This document shows, in pieces, positions 8,370-17,459 of a DNA stretch of 38,857 nt (the first letter of the stretch is position 1; every line of letters begins with the position of its first letter). The position numbers and the translations under genes were made by a program. A model generated the notes under the pieces. The model saw only the letters and a program-made list of their open reading frames with translations. It had not been told where the DNA came from and did not search any database. The stretch is from Rickettsiales bacterium (GTDB taxonomy: Bacteria; Pseudomonadota; Alphaproteobacteria; Rickettsiales; UBA1997), in contig CANNFC010000002.1 in assembly GCA_947503755.1 (NCBI GenBank), positions 1-38,857 of the forward strand, written 5' to 3'.

Positions 8370-9686
8370 ATGATTCAGCGATATTCTTTGCCCGAAATGA
8401 GCTTTATTTGGCAGGCAGAAAACAAATATCAAATTTGGTTTGAAATCGAAATGCTTGCCACCGAGTGTTTAGAGCAACTCAACATTGCTCCAGCGGGCAC
8501 CACCGGCAGGCTTCGGCAAAATTTTGCCAAAGCTGGTGGCAAATTTAATGTAGAAAGAATCGATGAAATCGAGCAAACCACCAAGCACGATGTTATTGCT
8601 TTTCTCACCCATTTGGCCGAACTTACTGGCGAAAATTCTAAATTCATTCACTATGGCATGACCAGCTCTGATGTGCTTGACACTGCTTTATCGATGCAAT
8701 TAACACAATCTTGCGATTTGTTAATCACTAAGTTAGAAAAACTGTTAGAAGCTCTAAAAAAACAGGCTTTCTTACACAAAAATACTGTATGTGTTGGCAG
8801 ATCGCACGGCATTCATGCCGAGCCAACCACTTTTGGCTTGAAAATGGCTAGGTTTTATGCCGAATTTAAGCGAAATTTACAACGTTTAAAAATGGCAAAA
8901 CAAGAAATTGCTATTTGTGCCATTTCGGGGGCGGTGGGCACTTTTGCCAACATTGCTCCACAAGTGCAAGATTTTGTAGCCAACAAGCTTGGCTTGATTT
9001 CTGAAACCATTTCTACTCAAGTAATTCCAAGAGATCGTCATGCTTTTTTCTTTGCCACTTTGGCGGTTATTGCTTCTAGCATCGAAAACATTGCGGTTGA
9101 AATTAGGCATTTACAACGAACCGAAGTTTTAGAAGTCGAAGAATTTTTTAGCCCAGGACAAAAAGGCAGTTCTGCTATGCCTCACAAAAGAAACCCGGTA
9201 TTAAGCGAAAATCTCACTGGTTTGGCAAAAATGGTGCGAAGTGCTGTGGTTCCTGCCCTAGAAAATGTTGCTTTATGGCACGAAAGAGATATTTCTCATT
9301 CTGCGGTTGAGCGATTCATTGCCCCTGATTGTTGCATCACTCTTGATTTTGCTTTGCACCGACTCACTTTATTGGTAGAAAATTTGTTGATTTACCCGCA
9401 AAATATGCAAAAAAATCTCGATAATTTGGGTGGCTTGGTTTATTCGCAACGAGTTTTGCTGGCTTTAATCGAAGAAGCCAACATTTCTAGAGAACAAGCC
9501 TATGCTTTGGTGCAAAAAAATGCTATGAAAATCTGGAGAAAAGAAGAATCTAGTTTTTTGTCTTTACTTGAAAAAGAACCAGAAATAATCAACAAATTAG
9601 GCAAAGAAAAGTTGCAATCATTGTTTGATATTGGCTATCATCTAAAGCATGTCGATCATATTTTTCAACAAGTTTTTAATAATTAA
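8370..9686 (+). CDS. purB: Adenylosuccinate lyase
   Basis: MIQRYS start, HDVIAF, IHYGMTSSD, GRSHGIHAEPTTFG, signature GSSAMPHKRNP, LWHERDISHS. Confidence 0.97.
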   Translation: MIQRYSLPEMSFIWQAENKYQIWFEIEMLATECLEQLNIAPAGTTGRLRQNFAKAGGKFNVERIDEIEQTTKHDVIAFLTHLAELTGENSKFIHYGMTSSDVLDTALSMQLTQSCDLLITKLEKLLEALKKQAFLHKNTVCVGRSHGIHAEPTTFGLKMARFYAEFKRNLQRLKMAKQEIAICAISGAVGTFANIAPQVQDFVANKLGLISETISTQVIPRDRHAFFFATLAVIASSIENIAVEIRHLQRTEVLEVEEFFSPGQKGSSAMPHKRNPVLSENLTGLAKMVRSAVVPALENVALWHERDISHSAVERFIAPDCCITLDFALHRLTLLVENLLIYPQNMQKNLDNLGGLVYSQRVLLALIEEANISREQAYALVQKNAMKIWRKEESSFLSLLEKEPEIINKLGKEKLQSLFDIGYHLKHVDHIFQQVFNN

Positions 9687-9689
9687 GCA

Positions 9690-10829
9690 ATGAACTTACT
9701 TTTTGAAGCTTTAAAGCAAGTGAAACACTCATCTTTGCTTATTCTTTTTCCTAATGGTGAAAAAAAAATATTTGGCGAAGATACCAGCAATATTTGTGAA
9801 ATTATTATTTTAGACGAAAATAATATTTCAATATTTTTTAGTGATGGCGATATTGGCTTTGGCGAGGCTTATATTCGCAATCAATGGTCTAGCCCGAATT
9901 TGCCAGATTTGTTAGCTTTTTTTACTATCAACAGCAAATATCTCGAAGAATTTTTGCATCAAAACCGTTGGCAAGCTTGGTGGTTGTATCTTAAATGCTG
10001 GTTTAATAAAAATACCAAAAAAGGCAGTAAAAAAAATATCGAATTTCATTACGATCTTGGCAATAATTTTTATAGTTTGTGGCTTGATCAAACTATGACT
10101 TATTCTAGCGGTTTATTTTTGTCACCGCAAGACGATTTGCAACAAGCCCAAATCAACAAATATCATAACATTCTTAATAAGTTAAAAACAGGCTCAATTC
10201 TTGAAATTGGTTGCGGTTGGGGCGGTTTTGCTAATTTGGCAACTCAACATAATTTTTCTGTAACTGGCCTTACTCTTTCTAAGCAACAACAGCAATATTG
10301 TCAAGAAAATTTTCACAAAAATCAACAGTTTGAGGTTAAGCTACAAGATTATCGCGACGAAAACAATGTTTATCAAAATATTGTCTCTATCGAAATGTTT
10401 GAGGCGGTTGGCAAACAATATTGGGAAACCTATTTTAACAAAATAAATCAATGTTTAGCTAGCAAAGGCAAGGCGGTTTTGCAAATTATCACTATCGATG
10501 AAGATATTTTTGAGCAATATCAAAACAGAGTTGATTTCATTCAAAAACATATTTTTCCAGGCGGAGTTTTGCCAACAAAAAACATCATACGAAATTTAGC
10601 TAAAAAATATAACTTTAACATTGTAAGCGAAACCGCTTTTGGTCTTGACTATGCTAAAACACTAAAAATTTGGTTAGACAATTTTAATCAACAAATTAAT
10701 ACGGTTTTATATTCTGGTTTTAACCTCGAATTTGTAAGAAAATGGCAGTTTTATTTAAGTTATTGTTATGCTGGTTTTGTGGCTAATCGCACCGATGTTG
10801 TGCAATTTGAACTAGAAAAGAAAAATTAG
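9690..10829 (+). CDS. cfa: Cyclopropane-fatty-acyl-phospholipid synthase family SAM-dependent methyltransferase
   Basis: NIEFHYDLGNNFY, LDQTMTYS, LEIGCGWGG, SIEMFEAVG, FIQKHIFPGG. Confidence 0.88.
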   Translation: MNLLFEALKQVKHSSLLILFPNGEKKIFGEDTSNICEIIILDENNISIFFSDGDIGFGEAYIRNQWSSPNLPDLLAFFTINSKYLEEFLHQNRWQAWWLYLKCWFNKNTKKGSKKNIEFHYDLGNNFYSLWLDQTMTYSSGLFLSPQDDLQQAQINKYHNILNKLKTGSILEIGCGWGGFANLATQHNFSVTGLTLSKQQQQYCQENFHKNQQFEVKLQDYRDENNVYQNIVSIEMFEAVGKQYWETYFNKINQCLASKGKAVLQIITIDEDIFEQYQNRVDFIQKHIFPGGVLPTKNIIRNLAKKYNFNIVSETAFGLDYAKTLKIWLDNFNQQINTVLYSGFNLEFVRKWQFYLSYCYAGFVANRTDVVQFELEKKN

Positions 10830-10832
10830 AAT

Positions 10833-11738
10833 ATGGCAAAAATAATTTTTATGGGCACCGCCAGTTTTGGTTTGCCAACTTTGCAAAATATTTTGCAAAG
10901 AAAACAGCATCAAGTTGTGGCAGTCTACACCAAGCCCCCACAAGTGGCGGGCAGGGGGCAGAAAATGCAACTCACACCAGTGCATCAGTTGGCGATAGAG
11001 CATAATTTGCCAGTTTTTACCGCAGAAAACCTCAAAGAAAAATCCGTTGTTGAGCAATTTTTAGCTTTTAATGCCGATTTGGCTTTGGTGATTGCCTATG
11101 GTTTATTGCTTCCGCAAGCTATTTTGCAAGCTACAAAATTTGGTTGTTTTAATTTGCATCCTTCAAGTTTGCCCAAATTTCGCGGGGCTGCTCCAATTCA
11201 GCGATCGATTATGAACCAAGAGTTAGACCTAGATGTTTGTATCATTAAAATGGATGCCGGGCTTGACAGTGGCGATATTGTTAGCAAAAAAAATGTTGGC
11301 ATTAAAAATCAAACCTATCAAGAAGTGGCAAGCAAAACAGCTCAAATTGGTGCCGAACTTTTTTTAGATTTACTGCCAAAAATAGAGCAAAATAATGTTT
11401 TTTATGAAAAGCAAAATCATCAACTTGCCACTTTTGCCAAAAAAATTAGTAAAGATGAGTGTTTGCTTGATTTTTCACAAACAGGCGAAAAATTATTGGC
11501 AAAAATATTGGCTTTAAGCGGTTGTTTAGGGGCTTATTTTGTGCATAATGGCGAATTAATAAAAATACTTGATGCAGATTTTATTGCTTGCAATCACAAT
11601 CAGCAAATTGGAGAAGTTGCTAAAAACTTTGCAATTTATTGTCAAGATGGTTATATTTTGCCAAAAATAGTGCAGAAATCTGGTAAAAAACCAGCAAATC
11701 TTAAAGATTTTTTACTTGGCTATCGCTTGTATAAATAA
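10833..11738 (+). CDS. fmt: Methionyl-tRNA formyltransferase
   Basis: IIFMGT..F, VYTKP..AGRG, NLHPSSLPKFRGAAPIQR, MDAGLDSGD. Confidence 0.96.
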   Translation: MAKIIFMGTASFGLPTLQNILQRKQHQVVAVYTKPPQVAGRGQKMQLTPVHQLAIEHNLPVFTAENLKEKSVVEQFLAFNADLALVIAYGLLLPQAILQATKFGCFNLHPSSLPKFRGAAPIQRSIMNQELDLDVCIIKMDAGLDSGDIVSKKNVGIKNQTYQEVASKTAQIGAELFLDLLPKIEQNNVFYEKQNHQLATFAKKISKDECLLDFSQTGEKLLAKILALSGCLGAYFVHNGELIKILDADFIACNHNQQIGEVAKNFAIYCQDGYILPKIVQKSGKKPANLKDFLLGYRLYK

Positions 11739-11741
11739 CTC

Positions 11742-11767
11742 TCCTGCAAAATAATTTTTTTTGCGGA
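11742..11767 (+). terminator. Imperfect stem-loop just after fmt
   Basis: tcctgcaaaa...ttttgcgga, 3 bp after the stop codon. Confidence 0.3.
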
Positions 11768-11897
11768 AGGTGGAGATAATATCTGTGCTATCTAATTACT
11801 CCCATCTCGAATGGATAGTCAAGCCGCCATTGGCAGTTCGGTTCGGCTGGGGGGCGAAAAAAACCATAAATTACCACTCGCTTGCACTCATGCAATT

Positions 11898-11944
11898 ATA
11901 CCATTTCTCATATTTATAAGCTATATAAATATGAGAAATGGTAT
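11898..11944. repeat. Perfect 21-bp inverted repeat with 5-nt loop
   Basis: ataccatttctcatatttata-agcta-tataaatatgagaaatggtat. Confidence 0.9.
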
Positions 11945-12097
11945 TAGATGAAGACTAGAACATAAACCTAGATATTATTAAAATTAAAAGCAATTAAATT
12001 GATTTAAACTCTTGAAATTTATTTTATTAATTGAAAAAATATCATCAACGATTTTTTTTATCGTTAACAATTTACGAACTTTAATTAATTTTAAAAT

Positions 12098-12595
12098 ATG
12101 AAACAAAAACAACAATATCTGAATGATATTAAAGTTAGCCTTAGATCTATCACTGCAGATCAGGCAAAAGAAATTTCAGCAGATTCACAGCATAAAATCT
12201 TGAATAATTTAAGTCTTGAAGAAGTTGAAAGTATTTGTAATACTATGTCACAAGAAGATTTTCCATCAATTTTAACAAGTTTAGATAATCTGCTAGAAGA
12301 ATCAAAAAGACATAATCCTCGTAATGGTAGGCTACTGTCTTCAGGAATGCTAGATGTTGTTCAAGAATTATATACTTCGGTGAGTGAACCGCGAAAGATA
12401 CCAGTACCTTCAGGATTGGGAGAAATAGAAGAAAACATGCTAGCAGCGCCAGGAGATGGATCAAGATTAGGACGACTATTAAAAAGAGCTCAGAACCACC
12501 CTGTTAAATTATTTATACCTAGTTCAGCACCTAGTTCAGCACGAACGATCAGCTGGTTTAATTCAGCACGATCAGCTGGTTCTTCTGCAAGATAA
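12098..12595 (+). CDS. Hypothetical protein (orphan-like, Ser/Ala-rich C-terminus)
   Basis: 165-aa ATG ORF after an AT-rich promoter-like gap and followed by a hairpin; no family recognised. Confidence 0.75.
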   Translation: MKQKQQYLNDIKVSLRSITADQAKEISADSQHKILNNLSLEEVESICNTMSQEDFPSILTSLDNLLEESKRHNPRNGRLLSSGMLDVVQELYTSVSEPRKIPVPSGLGEIEENMLAAPGDGSRLGRLLKRAQNHPVKLFIPSSAPSSARTISWFNSARSAGSSAR

Positions 12596-12602
12596 AAAAC
12601 AA

Positions 12603-12640
12603 ATGGTCTAGTCTAAAAGTGTCTAGACCATATTTTATTT
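12603..12640 (+). terminator. Stem-loop plus T-rich tail after the orphan ORF
   Basis: atggtctag (12603-12611) pairs with ctagaccat (12623-12631), followed by attttattt. Confidence 0.55.
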
Positions 12641-12821
12641 CAGTTGTGCTAAACGCAACAACACGATTATTTCAGTTGTGCTAAACGCAACAACACGATT
12701 ATTTCAGTTGTGCTAAACGCAACAACACGATTATTTCAGTTGTGCTAAACGCAACAACACGATTATTTCAGTTGTGCTAAACGCAACAACACGATTATTT
12801 CAGTTGTGCTAAACGCAACAA
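12635..12821. repeat. Perfect tandem array, 32-bp unit x ~5.8
   Basis: Unit ttatttcagttgtgctaaacgcaacaacacga starts at 12635, 12667, 12699, 12731, 12763 and 12795 (last copy partial); no spacers. Confidence 0.97.
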
Positions 12822-12846
12822 GGCTAAAAATAACTAAAATTTCTCC
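12821..12846 (+). repeat. Internal fragment of the MITE family
   Basis: aggctaaaaataactaaaatttctcc is identical (26 bp) to 28652-28677. Confidence 0.85.
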
Positions 12847-12860
12847 TCAAAAAATGATAT

Positions 12861-13097
12861 CTAGTTTTTGACAATGGTTTTGATTTGCACAGCATGTAAA
12901 ATGTTGGTGTTAAGCACCGATTCGAGTGCTTTGTTAACCATTTTGTGTTGCATAATTTTGCTTTGATTGGCAAAAGAACTGTCAATAATTGTGATGCTGT
13001 AATGATCGTTATCGTCGACTAAAGAATCAATAATAATTTCGGCAGAAGGAAAAGATTTTTTTAAAAGAGCAAATAAATTTTCTTTAGCAATTGGCAT
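12861..13097 (-). CDS. bolA: BolA/IbaG family protein
   Basis: Start re-called at ATG 13097 (MPIAKENL); DDNDHYSITIIDSSF, QHKMVNKAL, LHAVQIKT. Confidence 0.92.
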   Translation of the reverse strand: MPIAKENLFALLKKSFPSAEIIIDSLVDDNDHYSITIIDSSFANQSKIMQHKMVNKALESVLNTNILHAVQIKTIVKN

Positions 13098-13101
13098 AAA
13101 A

Positions 13102-13527
13102 TTAATAATATCGTTTGAGAGTTGTTTGTGGAGTGTTGATGTTTTGCTGATTGTTGTTGATAGTGATGTTATGCACTTTTTGTTTGAAATCGGCACAATG
13201 ACCAGTAAAAAAAGTGATTACCACTGCAGAATCAAGCATACACCTAACTCCGTTGGCGGTTGTTGAGCCATAAATATTGGTAGGAAAAGTGCCCCACCAA
13301 ATTGGAGTGTTAAAATTAGCAGAACCATAATTTGGTTTAACTAAGGTTATGTTATATTCTTTGACAGGTAAATTTAAAATTGCTGGAGTGTAGCCATGGC
13401 TTTGACCATCGATGATGATTTGGGCATTGGTTGGGTTGCTGTTAATAGCAATATCTCTTGATTTGTTGTTAAAAAAAGCACAAGAAAAAGTGCAAAATAA
13501 TAAAAGAAGACTAAAAATTTTTTTCAT
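13102..13527 (-). CDS. PEGA-domain lipoprotein
   Basis: MKKIFSLLLLFCTFSC lipoprotein signal; INSNPTNAQIIIDGQSHGYTP...YNITLVKPNY PEGA pattern. Confidence 0.85.
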   Translation of the reverse strand: MKKIFSLLLLFCTFSCAFFNNKSRDIAINSNPTNAQIIIDGQSHGYTPAILNLPVKEYNITLVKPNYGSANFNTPIWWGTFPTNIYGSTTANGVRCMLDSAVVITFFTGHCADFKQKVHNITINNNQQNINTPQTTLKRYY

Positions 13528-13541
13528 AGATTAATAAAAGA

Positions 13542-14417
13542 TTATTTTTTCCAGCGGTTATGCACCCAAAACCATTGTTCTGGATTTTTGCTAATGATAT
13601 TTTCTAAGCTTTGATTTATTTGTAAAGTAAGTTTTTGTAGATTTTGTTGATTATTGCTTAAATTGTTTACTGCAAGCGGTTTTTCTAGGTGTAGCGAAAA
13701 AGAAAATTGTTGATTTTTTCGTAAAATATAACCCAAAACCAAAGGAACTTGATATTTAAGGGCGATTTTTGCCAGTGAAGCCGAGGTAATGGCGGGTTGA
13801 TGAAAAAAATCAACCAAAATGCCGTCACTAATTTTTTGATCGGCTAAAATAATGACCCATTCACCTTTTTTGATGGCATTAATAATTTGCCTGTTGCCTT
13901 GAGTGCCTTTTTTAATCAAAGAAACCCCTCGAAGTTTAGCGGTAAAAAATTCGACCCAAGGATTGTTGAGCGGGCGATAAACGGTATGCACTTTTAAGCC
14001 TTGATTTAGCAGGGTTTTAGGGCCAATTTCCCAGTTGCCAAAATGTGCAGAAAAAATAATGCCACCAGTTTTTTGTTGCTTTAGTTGTTTTAATTGTTGT
14101 TGAGTTTGCTGATTTATGGCAACAAATTGGGCTAATTTTTGACCAGACATACCGCCGATATGCACAAATTCTGCAATAATTTTGCCCAAATTAAACCACA
14201 TTTTGGTTAGAATTTGCTGTTTTTCGCTGTTGTTTTTGTGTGGAAAAGCTAAAGATAGATTGTTGTAGGCTAATTTTTGCACTTTTAATTTTTTGCCAAC
14301 AAAAATGGCTATTTTACCAGCGATATTGCCAATAAAATTAACAGGAAAAATTCGAAAAACCATCAGCCCAAAAAGCACCAAGATTGTTTCAAGTAAATAG
14401 CGAAGTTGTTTTAACAC
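13542..14417 (-). CDS. lpxL: Lipid A late acyltransferase (HtrB/MsbB family)
   Basis: SAHFGNWE, ILADQ, PEQWFWVHNRWK; adjacent to lpxK. Confidence 0.9.
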   Translation of the reverse strand: MLKQLRYLLETILVLFGLMVFRIFPVNFIGNIAGKIAIFVGKKLKVQKLAYNNLSLAFPHKNNSEKQQILTKMWFNLGKIIAEFVHIGGMSGQKLAQFVAINQQTQQQLKQLKQQKTGGIIFSAHFGNWEIGPKTLLNQGLKVHTVYRPLNNPWVEFFTAKLRGVSLIKKGTQGNRQIINAIKKGEWVIILADQKISDGILVDFFHQPAITSASLAKIALKYQVPLVLGYILRKNQQFSFSLHLEKPLAVNNLSNNQQNLQKLTLQINQSLENIISKNPEQWFWVHNRWKK

Positions 14418-14429
14418 AAAATTAAAGTT

Positions 14430-15392
14430 TTATAAAATTTTTTTAATCATTTTAACTAGCGATTCTTCGTTGTCAAATATTAATTCAATATCTAGATAAG
14501 CGATTTGCTGTTGTATTTCTGCCGAAAATTTTACCCAATCTTTTTTGGTGGTGATGGGAGTGAGACCAAAACTTTTGCTATGATTGATAATTTTTTGCAG
14601 ATCGGTATTGCTGTAGGTATAATGATCGGCAAAAACTTTGGTTTCTGCTAGTTGTAAATTATGTTTTTTGAGTAGTTGAAAAAATTTTTCTGGATAGGCC
14701 AAGCCACAAAAAGCAAACAACTTTTTTTGCCAAAATAGCTCGATGTTTTTTATAACAAGATTGGCAAAAAATATTGGCTTATTTTGAGAAGCTAAAATTT
14801 GCTGTAAAGTTTCGCTGTGATTAATCACAACAAAAGCATCTGCCAAAGCCAAACCGCTTGCAATGGTTTGTCTGAGAGGGCCCGCTGGTAATAAAAAATT
14901 ATTGCCAAACAAAATGAGGCCATCGATGACTAATAATTTTAAACTATATTGTAAAGTAAAATTTTGCAAACCGTCGTCTAAAATGATGGCTTGGCAATTT
15001 GGCTGGTGTTGTTGGATAATTTTTGCCCCTAAATAGCGATTTTTACTCACCGCCACATTGCCAACTTGATTTAGCAACAAGGCTTCGTCGGCAATATTTT
15101 GAGCTTGATTTTGCCAAAAAAAATGCTGTTGATTTTTTTTGCCTAAATAACCTCGAGTTAAATAAGAAAAATCAATATTTTGCTGATGTAATAATTTGCC
15201 TAAAGCAAGTGCCACAGGTGTTTTGCCAGAACCGCCAGCAATGAGGTTGCCGATGCAAATGCTGGCAATATTGATTTTTTGAGGTTTGGTTAGCTTTTTT
15301 TTGAGTAAAAAAATAGCAAAATACAGCCAAGAAAAAGGTAAAAGAAAAATAGCAACAATATTTTTACTCTGCCAAAATTTCGGTGTTTTCAT
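14430..15392 (-). CDS. lpxK: Tetraacyldisaccharide 4'-kinase
   Basis: ICIGNLIAGGSGKTP, TRGY, ILDDGLQ, LLPAGPLR, FADHY, TTKKDWVK. Confidence 0.96.
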   Translation of the reverse strand: MKTPKFWQSKNIVAIFLLPFSWLYFAIFLLKKKLTKPQKINIASICIGNLIAGGSGKTPVALALGKLLHQQNIDFSYLTRGYLGKKNQQHFFWQNQAQNIADEALLLNQVGNVAVSKNRYLGAKIIQQHQPNCQAIILDDGLQNFTLQYSLKLLVIDGLILFGNNFLLPAGPLRQTIASGLALADAFVVINHSETLQQILASQNKPIFFANLVIKNIELFWQKKLFAFCGLAYPEKFFQLLKKHNLQLAETKVFADHYTYSNTDLQKIINHSKSFGLTPITTKKDWVKFSAEIQQQIAYLDIELIFDNEESLVKMIKKIL

Positions 15393-15933
15393 CTTGGTAG
15401 AGTTTTTTTTGTGGTTCTTCTAAAGGTGCTGCATAACAAGGTATTGTTATTGTTTCGCCATTTATTGGACCATATAATCGAAAATATTGTTCTAATTCAT
15501 CTGTGAAATATGCTTTTGGTGTTGTATGTGTTTCTAGTTGTTCTCTTGTTATTGTTTTGCCCTTGTTTTGATTTAAAAAATCGTATAATTTTTTCATCTG
15601 ATCTAAACTTTCAACAGCAGAATTGAATGTTTCTTGATTTAAGCCAAATATCTTAACATCGCATCTTAAAAAATTAAATTGAGAAAAATCAAAATTATCT
15701 GGATTTTTTTTAAATTCTTCAGCTAAATATTGTTCGAAAGATATTGGTGAACCGTTTGTTGGATTTAGTTTATTAATAAGTTCTTGTAATTTTTGCTTTA
15801 TTGTTTTTAGTTCTTCTGGATTTTGTTGTGTAGTCATTATTGCTGGTGCACTTTGCGATCTAGGTAATTGTGGATCGGTTTTTTCAAAATGAACAAAGGT
15901 GTTTTTTACAGGAAGTATTGATTCTTCAGGCAT
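15364..15933 (-). CDS. Hypothetical protein between tRNA-Leu and lpxK
   Basis: 189-aa ATG ORF; its 3' end overlaps the lpxK start; no family recognised. Confidence 0.7.
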   Translation of the reverse strand: MPEESILPVKNTFVHFEKTDPQLPRSQSAPAIMTTQQNPEELKTIKQKLQELINKLNPTNGSPISFEQYLAEEFKKNPDNFDFSQFNFLRCDVKIFGLNQETFNSAVESLDQMKKLYDFLNQNKGKTITREQLETHTTPKAYFTDELEQYFRLYGPINGETITIPCYAAPLEEPQKKLYQDENTEILAE

Positions 15934-15969
15934 ATTTTTGTGAGTTTTTTGGTGTTGTCAAGTTAGTTT

Positions 15970-16054
15970 TGGTGCGGATGGAGGGACTTGAACCCACATG
16001 CCGTGAGGCGCTAGATCCTAAGTCTAGTGCGTCTGCCAATTTCGCCACATCCGC
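15970..16054 (-). tRNA. tRNA-Leu (anticodon TAG)
   Basis: Reverse complement GCGGATGTGGCGAAATTGGCAGACGCACTAGACTTAGGATCTAGCGCCTCACGGCATGTGGGTTCAAGTCCCTCCATCCGCACCA: cloverleaf, long variable arm, encoded CCA. Confidence 0.97.
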
Positions 16055-16205
16055 TTAAAATAAATAGTATTTTTTGACAAATTTTAATTAAATGTTTTTT
16101 TATAAGCAAGTAAAAAAATAAAATAAATTACAATAAAAATATAGCTAAATTGTTTTTTTGATTTAAAATCATCAAAAATTAACTCAAAATATTTTTTTCA
16201 TAACC

Positions 16206-17459
16206 ATGAATGTAAAATCAACATTTTTACAACAATTTATTGCGCGAGGTTTTTTTGCTCAATGCACCAACCTAGAAGAGCTCGATTTGCAACTGCTTAA
16301 TGCTCAAAACAACGGCAAGCCTATGGTTGCATATATTGGTTTTGATTGCACCGCTCCATCTTTGCATGTGGGTAGTTTAATGCAAATTATGATGCTTCGC
16401 TTGTGGCAAAAACACGGCAATTTGCCTATTGTTTTGGTGGGCGGTGGCACCACTCAAATTGGCGATCCTTCTGGTAAAGATGAGGCAAGAAACTTATTAA
16501 GTTTGGCTCAGATCGCCACAAATACCGCAGGAATTCAGCAAACATTAAGTTCTTTTTTAGATTTTAACAATCAAAAACTAGCAAATTCGGCAATTTTAGT
16601 CAATAATCAAGATTGGCTTTTAAACCTCAATTATTTGCAGTTTTTAAGAGATATCGGCAAGCATTTTTCTATCAACAAAATGTTGAGTTTTGATTCGGTA
16701 AAACTTCGCCTGCAAAGAGACCAGCCGCTATCTTTTTTAGAGTTTAACTATATGCTTTTGCAAGCTTACGATTTTTTGCAACTTTATCAACAGCATTCTT
16801 GCACTTTGCAAATTGGTGGCTCCGATCAGTGGGGCAATATTGTCAACGGCACCGAACTAATTCGCAAATTCTATGCCCACAAACAGCAAGAGCATCGACC
16901 AGTTTTTGGCCTTACCTCTCCTCTTCTTACTACTGCTGATGGCAAAAAAATGGGTAAAACCGCAAATGGAGCGGTTTGGTTAAGTGCTGATTTGCTTAAT
17001 CCTTTTGAATTTTTTCAATATTTTCGTAATGTTTGTGATGATGATGTCGAAAAATTTTTGAAACTTTTCACCGACCTAGATTTAGAGCAAATTTCTTATT
17101 TTTGTCAAAACCAAAATATTAATCAAAACAAAGAAATTCTAGCTTTTGAAGCAACTAAAATTTGTCATTCGTCAACACAAGCAACAGAAGCATTAGAGAG
17201 GGCCAGGGCAATTTTTGTCAGCAAAGAAAATTTTCCGAGTTTTAGTTTTGCATTAAACAATGAAAGTAAAAAATTAACCGATATTTTGCTTGAAATTAAA
17301 GCTAGCCCTTCAAAAAGTGAGGCAAAAAAACTAATACAGGGCGGGGCGGTAAAAATAAACAAACAAGCTGTTCTTGATGTTTTTCATAGTTTTAATCAAG
17401 CTCAAGAATTTGAACTTTCAGTTGGCAAAAAAAAGTTTTTTAAAATTATCTTAATATGA
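16206..17459 (+). CDS. tyrS: Tyrosine--tRNA ligase
   Basis: YIGFDCTAPSLHVGS, QIGGSDQWGN, KMGKT, C-terminal S4-like domain. Confidence 0.97.
   Translation: MNVKSTFLQQFIARGFFAQCTNLEELDLQLLNAQNNGKPMVAYIGFDCTAPSLHVGSLMQIMMLRLWQKHGNLPIVLVGGGTTQIGDPSGKDEARNLLSLAQIATNTAGIQQTLSSFLDFNNQKLANSAILVNNQDWLLNLNYLQFLRDIGKHFSINKMLSFDSVKLRLQRDQPLSFLEFNYMLLQAYDFLQLYQQHSCTLQIGGSDQWGNIVNGTELIRKFYAHKQQEHRPVFGLTSPLLTTADGKKMGKTANGAVWLSADLLNPFEFFQYFRNVCDDDVEKFLKLFTDLDLEQISYFCQNQNINQNKEILAFEATKICHSSTQATEALERARAIFVSKENFPSFSFALNNESKKLTDILLEIKASPSKSEAKKLIQGGAVKINKQAVLDVFHSFNQAQEFELSVGKKKFFKIILI

Noticed and set aside
12635-12821. CRISPR array (GTTGTG...CAAC resembles some CRISPR repeat ends)
   Set aside because: The units are identical and contiguous with no unique spacers, and there are no cas genes in the window.
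15364-16054. Integrative island at tRNA-Leu
   Set aside because: No duplicated tRNA 3' end and no integrase were found nearby.
15870-16058. 62-aa plus-strand ORF
   Set aside because: It is the antisense reading of tRNA-Leu.
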